Source of the DNA: Anolis carolinensis
Lineage: Eukaryota
Direction of reading: 5' to 3'
DNA length: 64,000 nucleotides
Assembly (NCBI RefSeq): GCF_035594765.1
Contig: NC_085843.1
Span: 151,815,971-151,879,970, forward strand
How positions within the stretch are numbered: the stretch's first letter is position 1; every line of letters starts with the position of its first letter. A program made the translations under genes and the position numbers. The notes beneath the pieces are model-generated. The model was not told the origin of the DNA and ran no database searches. It was given only the letters and a program-made list of their open reading frames with translations. Shown one piece after another: positions 1-14,259 of the stretch.

Positions 1-1636
1 GAAACAAAATGTGTCTTTTGGGGATAATTCTGGCAAATGTTTAAAGAAGGTTGCCTTCTTTTAATACAGAAAAAGGAAAATCCTTCTTTTAAAATTTTCA
101 CGAAGTCTCACACTCACTCGCTTCACACTTGGAATAGCTGTCAGTCTGTACAGCTTCCTGAGTATCTGCTGCGTTTCCTCTTCTTATGTAAGCTTAGGAA
201 CTATGGAAATAATACCATGTCTTGTTTAAGCCTGGCTGAGTTCAGACCATAACTAAAGGCTTACTGAAAATTTTTACTCACATGTTCTCTCACTCTGAAT
301 AAGGAGAAGGTTTTGCTAGTTAACTGTGGCTTTGAGATATCACATCTCCAGCTCTTCACATTTAGACATAAGGCATGAATGTCTTTCAGGTAGAACTTTC
401 ATGCATACAATTGTATGTGCAATTTCTCAACTCTACAGATTTTGGTAGGATATACAATGCCTGCCCATAATATTGCTCTACTTTTCCCATAGGCATCAAG
501 AGAACATGTAAGTACAGTTTCTGCATTAGGTTTAAGTGGTACCTTGATCATTGCTCTTTGTTGTTGCATTATTGCTGCAGCATAGTTTGCTTTATCCTGT
601 GTTCAGAACCATGCGGGCATACAGCTTTGCCAGAAAGCACATACATAGAGTCATAAAGCAACATAGTAAATTGAATAAGACACCAACATGCTGCTACATG
701 AGCACATACTTATGTAATGATGTGCTTCAGTGAAGTCCTTCAGCATTCATATCCAAATGAACATTTTCAGAAACGTGAAAATTGGCTAGAAAAGCAGCCA
801 GTTTCCAAGGAAGTTGAAAATGAAAAGCAGCAAGTAGCTTCAGTTGAGCTCGACTTACAGGGTTGAACATAATTCAGTGAGGGCAGGAATGGAAAAATGC
901 TATTGAGATTCAACAATTAAATGTTCACAAAATCCAGCCAATTTGTGCATTTGCTTTCTTAGAACGTAATAACAAATTGATATCAATGCAAAGTTGAGCA
1001 ACCAATTAATCACCATTAGCCCCAAATGGCTTTTCAAGTACTCTATGATTGATTTATAAATATAGGGATTGCATGCTTTAAACAGGTGGCCAACTTCTCA
1101 CTACACTTTTAGACTCTAAAATACTCCTGTATGAGGGAAGCCGTGATGTTTTATGGTGACATTAAAGTTAAAATGAAATATATCCTGCTGGCTTTAATAA
1201 TTAGCTAATGTCACTTTAAAAGTCAAAGTAAACAAATTAACCTCAATGGAAAGTACCAGAGGGGAAAACAGACACTTTGTGGTGTCAAGAGGAAAAGTGT
1301 TCTGAAAAGTGAGTTAGAATGAATGACATGTTGCAGGGACAAAGATTCAAGGAGGCCTTCATCTGTTGACATTTGTAGATTTTTCACAGGGAAAAAACAT
1401 ATGCAGAAAGGTAACTTTGTTTTCAATGTGTTAAGGGACTTAATATCACAAATTAAGAATAACAAAGCTATTTTTCTCTTGAGGCAATTGTGGAAAATAA
1501 ACCAACCAGTCAGATATTTTATTTAATCTTCTTGATACAAGCCAGTGATAGAAATAAATTTCCACTTTAGAGGTGTGAGTATTACACCTCTAATTTGTAA
1601 ATTACTCTTACCCACATGAGTCCCCCCACCTAATCA

Positions 1637-2113
1637 GGGCCGGGCTGTGGCGCAGCTGGCTAGTAACCAGCTGCAATAAATCACTACTGACCGAGAGGTC
1701 ATGAGTTCGAAGCCTGGGTTGGGTTAAGCCCCCGGCCATTAAATAGCCCGGCTTGTTGTTGACCTATGCAGCCCCGAAAGACAGTTGCATCTGTCAATTC
1801 GGGAAATTTAGGTACGCTTTATGCGGGAGGCTAATTTAACTAATTTACAACATCATAAAACTGCCAGCAAAACACGAGGAAAGGAATGAGGAAGTACAGC
1901 CACTAGTGGACAGTGAAGCAACAGCCTCCCCTGTGGCTGGAATCATGAAGCTGGGAAAAAAGTGTTAAATGCCTCTGTGTCTGTCTATATATGTTGTTTG
2001 TCTGTTGGCATTGAATGTTTGCCATATATGTGTTCATTGTAATCCGCCCTGAGTCCCCTTTGGGGTGAGAAGGGCGGAATATAAATACTGTAAATAAATA
2101 CTGTAAATAAATC
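1637..2113 (+). mobile_element. tRNA-derived SINE with L2-like 3' tail (Anolis SINE2-like)
   Basis: Pol III A-box-like TGGCGCAGCTGG and B-box GAGTTCGAAGCC. L2-type 3' end TGTAATCCGCCCTGAGTCCCC...GGGCGGAATATAAAT followed by a (TAAA)n tail. Near-identical inverted copy at 26882-27354. Confidence 0.8.
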
Positions 2114-2265
2114 ATACAGACATAGCAGAAAACTCAAAATCACAAGCTGTAATCCTATGATCTCCATTCCATGCCCAGAGCCTGTGCCTCCTCCACCAGC
2201 CACACTCCAAAGCTCCCCAAGGAAAATAAAATCAGCAAAAGCATGACTTTAATTTTGCTAGTCAT

Positions 2266-2587
2266 AGGTAAAGTTAAAGATTTCCCCTTGACATTAAGTC
2301 TAGTCGAGTCCAATCTGGGGGGTGGTGCTCATCTCCATTTCTAAGCCAACGAGCCAACATCATACGTATACGCCTCCTAGGTCATGTGGCTGACATGACT
2401 GCAGGGAGCACCATTACCTTCCTGCTGACCTATTGGTCTACTCACATTTGCATATTTTCAAACTGCTAGGTTGGCAGAAGTTGGGGATAATGATGGGAGT
2501 TTACCCTGTTCTGCGAATTTGAACCACTGGCCTTCCTGTTAGCAAGTTCTGCAGCTTAGCGATTTAACCCACTGCAGCACCGCAGCC
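2266..2587 (-). mobile_element. Sauria SINE (diverged full-length copy)
   Basis: Reverse complement matches the Sauria SINE body (GGTGGTGCTCATCTCCATTTCTAAGCC, GGTCATGTGGC, CTACTCACATTTGCAT) and the (ACCTTT)n tail. Paralogous copies occur elsewhere in the window. Confidence 0.85.
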
Positions 2588-2595
2588 CCTTAAGG

Positions 2596-2919
2596 CAGGG
2601 GTCCCAAAACCTTTTAAACAGGGGGCCAGTTCACAGTCCCTCAGACCGTTGGAGGGCCGGACTATAGATTTTTTTTTAAAAAAAAATGAACAAATTCCTA
2701 TGCACAATGCATATATCTTATTTTTAGGGAAAAAAACAAATACAGCCTCAATGTTAATAATAATCATAATAAAAATAACAAATAAGGTTGGAAGAGACCC
2801 CTTGGGCCATTTAGTCCAACCCCCTTCTGCCTTTGTGCATCAAAAACACAAGTAAAGCACCCCTGACAGATGGCCACCCAGCTTCAATGTTGTAAATAAA
2901 TAAATAAATAAATAAATAA

Positions 2920-2961
<42 letters not shown>

Positions 2962-3064
2962 ATCACACAGTCCTAAATTCTTGGGAAGTGTTCGACTTGT
3001 GATTTTATGATATGAAATCCAGCACATATATCTCGTTTGCTGTGTTATACTGTGTCTTTGTGTC

Positions 3065-3095
<31 letters not shown>

Positions 3096-3405
3096 GTTGG
3101 AAGAGACCCCGTGGGCCATTAGTCCAACCCCTTTGTGCACCAAAAGCATTAGCAAAGCACTCCTCAATAATTAATTATTAATTAAATAATAATGAAAATA
3201 CCATTATAAACAAGCAAAGCTTTGGAAGGTGCGTACCAGGAGACGGAGGAGGCAGGAAAGGCGTGCACTTTTGCCTCCTCCCTCGCGCCGCATGTGCCTT
3301 CCTCAGTAGAGGAGGAGGGAGCTGCCGCCGCGGGGGGGGGGGGGGGCGGATAAATGACTTCAATGGGCTGCATGTGGCCCCCGAACCTTAGTTTGGGGAC
3401 CCCTG
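2596..3405. mobile_element. Non-autonomous hAT (Charlie-group, OposCharlie1/hAT-HT-like) element with captured internal fragments
   Basis: TIRs CAGGGGTCCCAAAAC / GTTTGGGGACCCCTG. Perfect 8-bp TSD CCTTAAGG at 2588-2595 and 3406-3413. Confidence 0.85.
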
Positions 3406-4172
3406 CCTTAAGGTGTCATGCTCCTATCCAAAACAAGGTGTGATATCCAAAAGATTCGTTTACAAAATCAGAAGTGGACTTTTACCCACTTCTGGGATTT
3501 CTGAGTACTGTTTTCTGGTCTATGCGTCCTGCATTAAGCCCTAGAGAACAGTGGCCTCAGTAGTTCAGAGATTGCCCAAGCCCTGCTCTAAGGTCCCATC
3601 TTCACTGATCACTTAGGTTGGTGGGAAAAGCCATCACCCCTCACAGCAGCTAAATGCCACACAGGGCTAACTTGCATTAACCTGGGTTAAAATTGCTTAA
3701 AAGCAGCTTTACCCTAGGTTAAACTAATTTAGGGAAAGGCCTGACTCCTGTAGCAGGAGTCGGGTCCTCCCCTGAGTTAGTAACAGGCCAGACAGCTACA
3801 GCTGATTCCTAAGTGGAAGTGGTGCAGGTGTTACAGTAGCTACCACACATTTCCTGGGCTCAGATAGCCTGGGGATGTGGGAAAACTGTCTCCTTCCCTC
3901 CCTTCTCCAAGTTTTCTTCATGGACCACACAACCTAGTAGTAGGAAGGAAAACCCCCAAGAATTAGGTTAGGCAACTGCCTTGCTGCCATAGCTAGCAGG
4001 GGGAGGGCAGTTGGCCAGTTATGCCAAACCATGTTCAGTGTGGCTGAGCAGTAGAGACTCCATGCTGTTGCTGTAATAGCTTAGGGGGTCCCTTTCTGAG
4101 ATGCCCCTTTAAGCCTGCTTTTTGGGTCATTGTAGAACCATCCACTGCTACAAATCAGTTCTTCAGAATGAT

Positions 4173-4198
4173 ACACACACACACACACACACACACAC
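4173..4198. repeat. (AC)n microsatellite
   Basis: Direct inspection. Confidence 0.9.
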
Positions 4199-4990
4199 AA
4201 ATCTGATTTAGCTTCCCTAAGTCCTTTACTGTAAGTTCAATTGGCAATGTTCTTATGACTGCATAACTAAGGCTGTACATGTGTACTGCACACATGTAAT
4301 TTTACATTGTGGGTAAGGAGATAAAAATTCTATAATTTCCTTCTCATGCAGAGTAGCTACAAAGGCACCCCCTCCCCCCCATGTTGATAAAATTACAAGG
4401 TTTCTACATCTCATTGCTTATTGTTCATCTCTCTCTCTCTCTCTAAATTTCTCTCTCCATTTTTACAATTTGATATTTTCTTTCCAATTTGGCTTCTATA
4501 GAAATATGTTTTTTGCTCACATACAATATATCCTTATGCAAAACTTTAATCTTTTTGTATCAAGGATGCATATCCTAGAATTACACGTATATATGCATCC
4601 ATATTTGACTTCTACAGATGATGCCAACTTATGCATGATTGTGGAACCATTGTTATGATCATAATGTGTCCAGTTCTACTCTATTGGGCAGTAGTCACTT
4701 CAAGCAATAGAGGTCTATTCCACCACTGGTGATGAGACAAACTGATATTTCCAATTCCCTATTTGCAGTGATTTCTTGTGCAAGGAGGAATTGCAACAGG
4801 AATTCTGCTTCTGGCTGTTTCAGTGGAAATCACAGGAAGGAGGGTCTGGGAACATCAATACGCTGCATTTTGATGTATAGAAATGCAGACCTCTATGGTT
4901 TACAGTGGCTCCTTCCCTATAAAGCCAGACTAGGGAGATTATTCCAGGAAACATTACTAAGTTATAATGGGGACTGTCATTTCAGATGAC

Positions 4991-5308
4991 AGAAGTCATA
5001 GGGAGGAGGGAGCAAGCTTGTTTTCTGCTGCCCTGCAGACTAGGACGCGGAACAATGGCTTTAAACTACAGGAAAGGAGATTCCACCTGAACATCAGGAA
5101 GAACTACCTCACTGTGAGAGCTGTTTGGCAGTGGAACTCTCTGCCCCAGACTGTGGTGGAGGCTCCTTCTTTGGAGGCTTTTAAGCAGAGGATGGATGGC
5201 CATCTGTCGGGGGTGCTTTGAATGCGATTTTCTGCTTCTTGGCAGGGGGTTGGACTGGATGGCCCATGAGGTCTCTTCCAATTCTATTATTCTACGATTC
5301 TATGATTC
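4991..5308 (+). mobile_element. CR1 LINE 3' fragment (5'-truncated)
   Basis: Highly similar to the 3' end of the full-length CR1 (about 23086-23397). Encodes ...[29 protein letters not shown]... and ends in an ATTCTAYG tail. Confidence 0.92.
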
Positions 5309-5724
5309 TTGGAAATCACATCCCCAGAATCATCTTGCACTTCCTGGGCTTGGGCAGCCTGGTATAATGGGATGGCAGTGCCTCCTGAGCCTCCCTGCAC
5401 CCCATTCCCACCCAAAAATGCACATAAATGCTCTTTACCATTTACTCATGCATTTGGCTACCCACTCCAAAGCTCCATCATATCATCAGTGAGGGCAATC
5501 CAGGACTAGAACATTCTTCAGCCTTTAGCAATGGTAAGGAGACTTTCTGTGTATTTGGGAGGGGGGGGGGGGATGACAAGAGCCTTGGGATGCTGAGGCC
5601 AAGCTCAGCCATGCCGAACTGGCATCAGTATGGCTGGGATTTATGGCCAGTCCCCACCATTGAGACAGGTATAGCAATTCTGTGTGGCTGAGATGTGGTG
5701 CCAAACCCCTGCATATATATATAC

Positions 5725-5759
<35 letters not shown>

Positions 5760-7129
5760 CTCAGTCAGAAAGTATTTTGCACAAAGAAGTATTTAGCAAA
5801 ATAAATCGGAGATACAAAAATTATAATTGAAAATGTTTGTGTCAAAGATGGTAATTTGTGAGCATTTTGTCATCCTTAATTGAGATATATCTATCTATCT
5901 ATATCTTAATTGAGATATATCTATATATCTATCTATATCTATCTATAGACAGATAGTGACAGATGGTGGTGGTTCAAAACTTCACCTAACTTTTGAAAAG
6001 TAGAATATGCTGAAAAATCCCAATTCCTCAATAAACTGCTTGGTGTCTGAATTTTTTCGCTGCACATTCAATTCCCATGCTAATGGATCCAGTATGCAAA
6101 TTAAATGTTTAGGGTAGAGCTTTCCATATTTTAATTATTTCTGTATATGAATCATGCTTTCATAAGATCAATCATCCCACAAGTATCTTTGAAATTTAAA
6201 AATAATAATCAATTACAAGAAATTAAAAACAACTCCAAAAAGACATTAAAAAGAATTTAAAAAATATACAACAGGGATAGAAAGGTAGCATATTTTTAAA
6301 AGAAGGCAAAGCAAATATCACATATAATCCAAAATTCTATATCATGGTCTGTATTTTGTAACTTTAGAAGTCCATAGTAGAAATGCAAAAAAAAAAAAAA
6401 AAAAAAAAAAGCATTCTAAGTGAATTGTGAAGATGTGCATCCAGGCACCAAAGTGTCCTGATGCACATCGTGCACTTCTCATGTTTACGCTAGATGTACT
6501 CTCAGTACTTCTGTTTGCTCCAACACTTCTTAATTGGTGTCCTGCTGGTGCACGTTGGAGCTCTGGTGCATCAGTCACTTTACACCATTCAATGGGTGCA
6601 ATTGATACTTATCTGTTCTAACATCATGGTGTCCCCTTAGGTGGGTATGAACTTTGCAAAAGCACTCAGTTCTATTTTGCACATATCTAAGTTTATTTAT
6701 GGAGACATTGAGTCTCATACTAAATTGCAACCATTATATTGCCTAAATAAATAAATAGATAAATAAAGTTGTAAATTGCATTAGGATAGTGCACTTGAAA
6801 GAAGGTGAGAAGGGAACTGGAAGCCTCCAATTTATCCTTTGGAGACAACACCTTTTCCCTTATAAACTACAGTTCTATTGCTAAGAGGCAATAAAGGTAT
6901 GAAAAACATATTTTCCAGCTGCACAAATGTTCCATCAATTACCCATGCTATAATAAAAAATGAAAAAGAATTACTAATGTTAATTATTATTAATAATATA
7001 ATATTAGTAATGCCAGAAGACAGCATTTTGCTCTTTAGTTGCATCTTATATCAGTCGTGCTGACTCCATAGGAAGCAGTAATTCCTATTTATTTCATAAT
7101 AACTTCATTTATGAATCAGTTTTACTTCA

Positions 7130-7716
7130 GTAACACATTTTGAGCTCAACGATGTGGACAAGATCCTTGGAGAGGCGAGACCGACTACATGCATCCTGGA
7201 CCTCTGCCCATCCTGGCTGTGAGAGAAGCCAGAGGGGGCTTGGCCGAGTGGGTGAAATTGGTGGTGAATGCCTCCCTTTGGGAGTGCAAGTTTCCAGCGA
7301 GCCTAAAAATGGCTGTAATCAAGCCACTGTTGAAGAAGCCATCACTGGATCTCACTCAATTCGGAAACTTTAAGCCTATTTCCAATCTCCCCTATTTGGG
7401 CAAGGTATTGGAACATGTGGTTGCCTCACAGTTCCAGGGATTCTTGGTTGACAATGATTTTCTGGATCCGGCACAGTCTGGCTTTAGGCCAGGGCATGGT
7501 ACCGAGACAGCCTTGGTTGCCTTAGTCGACGATCTTCACCGGGAGCTGGACAGGGGGAGTGTGTCCCTGCTAGTTCTGCTGGACCTCACAACGGCCTTAG
7601 ATACTGTTGACCATGGTATCCTTCTGGGACGCCTCGCGGGGATGGGTCTTGGAGGTACTGTTTTACAGGGGGTCCACTCATTCCTAGAGGGTCAGTCCCA
7701 GATGGTGTCATTGGTG
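7130..7716 (+). mobile_element. L2-clade LINE ORF2 (reverse transcriptase) fragment
   Basis: Translation includes PLLKKPSLD...NFKPISNLPYLGKVLE...QSGFRPGHGTETAL...LVLLDLTTALDTVDH, typical L2 RT N-terminal motifs. Confidence 0.88.
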
Positions 7717-10700
7717 TAGGAGAGGAGCAGCTGGAGCAATGGCTCTCACCCAGACCACACACCTCAACCTCTTCTGGGCTAAAATGCCTTGAGATAAATC
7801 CCTGAAAAATCAGTTTTGCTCTCAGGAGACTTTGTAAATTTGAAGGCTGCCCTCAAGCTGCAAGGTCCCTGGTAAGAGCAAAAGCCACGAGACCAGCCGC
7901 AAGGATTGTTATTTTTTCCCCACGTGATTCTCAGGGGCAGTTCCAAATTCCCATCCTTTGCCAAACATGCCAGAAAGTTGCTCACCAACTTGATATCTTC
8001 CCCCAACATCTGTTATGAGGACCTATTTAAGATACCACCTAAGCTAATTGTCTAGTCCTCCATGACACTGTAGAATAGACCACTGATGGGGAAAATCCTG
8101 TTACTGATGGGGAAAATCCTTAGGAGGCCAGCAAAATCTTCCCCAAACAACACTAGTTCTCAAAAGTGAGATGATACTTTATATAAAATGCATTTGTTTG
8201 ACCTGCCTACATGCAGATACAGCCAGCCCTCGGTATTCATGGATTCTACAATCATTCAACCATCCATGGTAAGATTTTTTTTAAAAAAAGATCAACTATC
8301 CCACTTTGATTTTGACTTTTATATAGGGTAAGGGGCATCATTTCACAATGGCATTGCAAAAAATGTAAATAATCCATAGATTTTGATATCCATGAGGTTC
8401 CTAGAATTAAACTCCAGTAGACACCAAAGGCCCATTATAATTTGTCCAACAATATGGTAAAACAATTAACCTTAAAAGTTCCTGGAAATGTAGATTTGGC
8501 AAATTAAAAAATAACTAGGGAGAATGGCACTTCAGATTTTTCTCCAATGCAGGAAAATAAATACATGCTTTTGGGGGCTCACTTAACCTTTTGCAGCTTT
8601 CAAAATAAATATCAAACAATTGTTTGTGCATCTTTAAATATACAAATTAAATAGCTGAGAGTAGTTGGGTTTTTTGTTTTGTTTTTTTTTACAAAAAATT
8701 AGTTGCTTTACAACTTACCATATTGTGAATGCTAATGGTGAGGAACAGACAGCAGTTAAGATGTTAAAACTTTTAGAGATTATTTGCATCAATTTTGTCT
8801 CCTCAAAACGTGTCTGCAGCAAGTTGGTTTTGGGTGTAAATGAAATTACTTATTAAATGTCAGTAGCAGTAATAAGTGATTGATATCTAATTAATGTGTC
8901 ATATGTGATAGTTTTTAAATGTTAATTAATGCCTAAAATCTCTCTAAGTGCTGCTTGACCTATTAATTAATATTAGACAAAAACATATAATTGTCTCCTA
9001 AATGAAGTGGATCCCATAAGTGTTTCACTGGAAGTGATTCCAGGAAGGGAGGGTCAGGATGGCATCCTCTTTTTACAAGATGTTTTGGCATAGAAATTAT
9101 CTATGATAGGGTCGTTGTTAAGTTGGAAGAGAAAGGAAGTTCAGCATCAAGGTGATCGACTTGAGAACTGCTGAGCCACCAAATTGGTACTTTTATCAAG
9201 CAAAAATTTTTATGTCAGAAAGTGTCATAAAACTTTGTCAACAGTGCAGGGATGTGATTGCAATAGTTCTGGATAGACACACAAGGGCACTTGATTATAA
9301 TCTATGTATTCCCATGATCACATACAGATTGGTGTGCATGAATGTGTTCTGTGGTTTGTTTAGTTTTCTTTCTTGGGGAGAAAATAAATACAAACAGATA
9401 ACTGAGCTGAACTCCAAATGCACAGCACTCTGAACAATATATACAGAGAAATTTTTTTGGGGAAAATGTCATCAACAATTCCTATCAATTATTTTAATAA
9501 AGGTCTTACATAACCATGGGAACTATTCTAAGGGACCCATTTGGAAGAATAAATGTGTTTTTTTAAATAAAAAGTAAATGTTCAAGAGAATTTTGCAAAA
9601 TTATGTACTGGGTTACATCCTGTTTATTTCAGTGTAGAAAATTTAAATACATCAAAAATTTGGTATGATGCTGTTTTTCTCATGATGATCCATGCTATGG
9701 ATTAGATTACATAGAACATTTCATCATAAAATAGAATAATTTCAAGTCTGTCAAATGAGAAACCCATCTCCCTCCTTAAATCTTGCATGTTAGTGGGTGA
9801 AAGACTGGAGTAAGAATTGGATTGCAATGGGGGATTGCCCACTGATAACCTGAGGCCTCCATTTGTGCCATTTTGACAATAATAGTAACACATGTTTGAT
9901 ACAAACCAAAATTTCAGAATATGGAAGAAGACTTTAAAAAATGAGATGCAACAGTTTAGCAGCAACTTTGTCCAAAATTATTTATAATATTTAGGTAATT
10001 AAATTCATCACCCATGCAGAAAAAAAGTACTGAATGAACTCATTTCAGGTTCCAAGTCATTCATTTGTGCATTCATTGCATTCATTCATTCATTGCTCTC
10101 TAACCAGATGACTCCTAAGGAACTTTTCAAAAAGTAACAATATATCCCATATAACAATGTGACTATGCATAAAAGTAAAACGACAGTAGTACCTATGTTA
10201 AACTTTTGAATGCTCACTGAATATGTCTTCTGAACCATGAGTGAGTTACATGACAGAAGCAACATAGCATTCCTTTGATCAAAACAACCAGAAATATTTC
10301 ATTGTCTTTACTCATGTGTTCCAATCACCTCTTCAATCAACCACAGATTCCACTGAAGTGCCAGCTTGCAACTCATTCAAAATGTGAACCTTTCTGGGTA
10401 AGAAGTGAGTGACTACTACAGTGATGACAAGCTTCATGCCACAGTAGATCAGGATGAGTGGCAGTGTTGGTTGCAACATCAAAAATGGGGATTTTCTAGT
10501 CACTGGACTTCTTCCCATGGCCCCTGGGGCCATGCCGTTTTTCCAAAAGACGCTGGTGAAACAGAAGGCATGAGAGGTGCTTGTGATGCCTTGTGCATGC
10601 TCTTTTCTTCCCCCATCACACGGTGGAGACAGGAAAAGGTGCATTGGGACCTTGTCCCTGTTCTCATCATATGGGTGAAAGAGTGGCAACATGTGTTGCT

Positions 10701-13527
10701 GCATTGCCTTTCCCCCCATCAGATGGAGGAAAGGGCAGAAATATTCAGGTAGCCCAGTTAGAGCTACCCAAAACATGCTTTCCTCTCCTTCAGGAGGATG
10801 GCACTCTGCAAGCCCTGTCCAGAAGAAGAAAAAGGGCAATAAAAACCCCAATGTGATGAGGTCATTACGTATTGACAGGTACCCAACCATATTGATCTTT
10901 ATTGTAAGACCTGATTGCCTCTTTGCTTTGTCATCAATCCCCATTATCCAGTTATCCAAAAAGTCAGTAAGCAGGACATGAAATTGACAATTTTTTAAAC
11001 CCCAACATTTGTTATGGACAATAATTCTGATTGACAGATTCAGAGCCTTTTGTGATCCTTTTGCAAAGAAAACCTAGGTGAATGTATAGGATGCAAAGTG
11101 ACTTTCCTGTTCTCCTATGTCAAATAGGAAAATTAGCAGAAGAGATTGTGCAGAATCATAGGGTTGGGGTCAAGGGTGATTCATAGAGGAGCCCATGCCA
11201 CCTGAGATTTTAGCTCTTCTCTCCCAGTACCTGAGAAGAAAGCTAAATTTCTAAAAATGTCAGACCAATTACTGAAATGAAGCATTTATTGTAGCCATGT
11301 GGGGCTCTTAAATACATAATTAATATATAGATAGAGGGACTAAAGATCTATTATTCTGTTTTTAAAATCAGTTATTTAAATCATTTTTTGGAATAAATCC
11401 ACTGGGGAGAAAATGGAAGGAATTGAAGGACGGGCTTTGACCATAAAACTCCTAAGAGAAACCACAAGAGAGACTGTCTTTTGTGAGGTATGACATCCTT
11501 GTTCTACTCCACTTCTTTTGAGATGAAGGGCAGAGAAGTGTAATGGACCGGGATTAAGCAAATTGCTGGAATATGAAACTGTCAGTGATTACTGGATAAA
11601 CTACCTCCAAAGTCAAAGGGAGAGTTTCTCTTATTGTCATTTGTTGAGAACGTCTTTGGGAAAGTGCTGTTACCTTTGTTTCCTGCTTTTGGGTTTCTTG
11701 TGGGTATGCATTTATTTGAACTCCCACCATAAAATAAAAAGATCAGACACAGAAAATGTATCTAAGGGGCCATTTCTTGATTTATAACTTCTGGAACCAC
11801 CTGTGAAAGAAAACAATGTTAAGATGAATTAACCTGTAAGGACTTAACTCTTGTGTTATTAACCACCTAGTGAGAACTCTCCTTGGTCTGGAGTGTCACT
11901 CCCCATGACCACCCTCCAGGTCATATGAGCACCACAGATCCTGAAGGACAACCACATTTCTTTGATTGCACCTCTCAGCAATCATCATTGGAAGGCTACC
12001 ATGAGGGTGCTCCCTCTCAAACGTCATAGTTTTTCAAGAGTGAGAACTAACATTCCAGTCCTAAGGGTAGCCCCTTATTGCAGGCCCCATCTCCCAAAAC
12101 TTATAGGAACTGTTATCGAAGTAAACTCTTCCCCTCTAAAGGAGGGGGTGCCACAATGCCTACTGGGACTATCTCACCTCTTCAATGCCAAGGGAACTTA
12201 TTTAAGGGGCTCCACTCCTAAGCCAATTACCACACTCAACCAAAATGGTGTGGGGTAGGCAACCCTCCCCCCAAAAACGAAGAAGAAATTCTTACCCAAC
12301 CCATAAGTGATCAGTTTCTACTCACATTGTCCATAGGATAGAAGGGTAGGTTACAGGATGAATGATGAAGGACCATTGGAGGTATGGATTGGCTTTAAAT
12401 AGCCTGCCAATCCACCCTTGTCACATGTTGAGGGGCCAGTCATGCCAGCCGGTCTAAACCAAGTCTGGCTTTCTTCACAGGGGTCTTCAAGTGCCCATCC
12501 ACACCTTAGGCTTCACTTGCTGGCTGAAGGTGGGGTATATTGTGGGAATAGTATCCAAGTCGTGTTTTTGTTTGAGCCAGAATAACACTTTAATGCTTTA
12601 CTCTTGCACCATCCTTAGTTTTTTCTCATCACAATTTCCTGGAAAAGCCTATTTATTCCTGGATTTTTCTTTTTTTCTTCCCTGTTGTTTTCTATGTATC
12701 CCCTGGAGAAAGAGAGGAGAAGACTTTGGCATTCACATTCCTTTATTGCAGTTTTCCTGTGCTCTTTGTTCTTTGTACTATGCTTATCAAGGGACGCTTC
12801 AGAATCAAACACATACATTCAATCCTATTACTGTAGTGTAGTGCCACTTGAAAATATTCTAAATGGTAAGCATCAGACAAAGATTCATAGTCTATCTTTC
12901 TTTATTTCATTTTTAATAAAAATCCCAGCCATTGAGCAGTATGTTTCTATTTATTAAATTGTTTGTTACCTTAGCCAAACTGACATATTATTGTACATAT
13001 TGTATATACAATAATGTTTGAACGGCTGGTTGCCATACAGCTTCAAGCTGTCTTGCCTGAAGGTTATTAGCTAGATCCATTTCAATTGGGTTTCTAGGTC
13101 GGATATGGCACAGACATTGCCTTCTGTATCCTGATGAACAATCTCTGTTGGAAAAGGGGTATAGAGAGTGTGACCTTAACAATTATTTATGGATTTTGTG
13201 ATGGCATTTGAAACCTCTGACCAATGCATATTTTGGATAAACTCTGCAAGGAGGAGGACCTAGGATACCATTTTGTTCCCACTTCAAATGTCCATTGCAG
13301 AAGTACTGCTTGAAGACTACTGCTTGGCTTTCAATCCATTGTTCAGTGTGGTCCCTCAAGGGTCTTGCCATGCATGTTGTTCACCACCAATATTTGGACA
13401 CAGTATAAGGCAATGTACAATGTGAGGCTGGTTTTTATCAGTACTGTAGCAAAATTAAGTCTTGTTTTCAAGAAATTGGAAGGAAACGTGTCTGAGATTC
13501 ATTCATTATTGATTGGCTAAGGGCCAG

Positions 13528-14259
13528 GAGCCTTATCACCAAGGTGAAAGAAGAAAGTGCAAAAGCTGGGTTGCAGTTAAACGTCAAGAAAACCAAGATC
13601 ATGGCAACTACACCTATTGATAACTGGCAAATAGAGGGAGAAAACATGGAGGCAGTGACAGACTTTATATTTCTAGGTGCAAAGATCACTGCAGATGCAG
13701 ACTGCAGCCAGGAAATCAGAAGACGTTTACTTCTTGGGAGGAGAGCAAAGGCCAACCTTGACAAAATAGTGAAGAGCAGAGACATCACACTGGCAACGAA
13801 GGTCCGCATAGTCAAAGCAATGGTTTTCCCCATAGTAACCTATGGATGCGAGAGCTGGACCTTAAGGAAGGCTGGGCGAAAGAAGATAGATGCTTTTGAA
13901 CTTTGGTGCTGGAGGAAAATCCTGAGAGTGCCTTGGACCGCAAGAAGATCCAACCAGTCCATCCTCCAGGGAATAATGCCCGGCTGCTCACTGGAGGGAA
14001 GGATATTAGAGGCAAAGCTGAAGTATTTTGGCCACATTATGAGGAGACAGGAAAACTTGGAAAAGATCATGATGCTGGGGAAAATGGAAGGAAAAAGGAA
14101 GAGAGGCCGACCAAGGGCAAGATGGATGGACGGTATCCTTGAAGTGACTGGCTTGGCCTTGACGGAACTGGGGGCGGTGACGGCCGACAGGGAGCTCTGG
14201 CGTGGACTGGTCCATGAGGTCACGAAGAGTCGGAGATGACTAAATGACTGAGCAGCAGC
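13528..14259 (+). mobile_element. RTE/BovB LINE 3' fragment; uninterrupted C-terminal RT ORF (13544-14239)
   Basis: GLQLNVKKTKIM, VTDFIFLGAKIT, MVFPIVTYGCESWT, LKYFGHIMRR, EGKRKRGRPRARW. Short (GCA)n tail. Candidate TSD AAGGGCCAG (13519-13527) / AAGGACCAG (14260-14268). Confidence 0.92.

Noticed and set aside
1637-1720. tRNA gene
   Set aside because: The A/B boxes belong to a tRNA-derived SINE head; there is no complete cloverleaf.
8082-8120. Small tandem duplication ACTGATGGGGAAAATCCT x2
   Set aside because: Ordinary slippage duplication with no further structure.
10333-10959. 208-aa minus-strand ORF with overlapping plus-strand ORFs
   Set aside because: No recognisable domain or motif in any frame and no clear exon boundaries. 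It could be a decayed unknown element, but I cannot support a call without a homology search.
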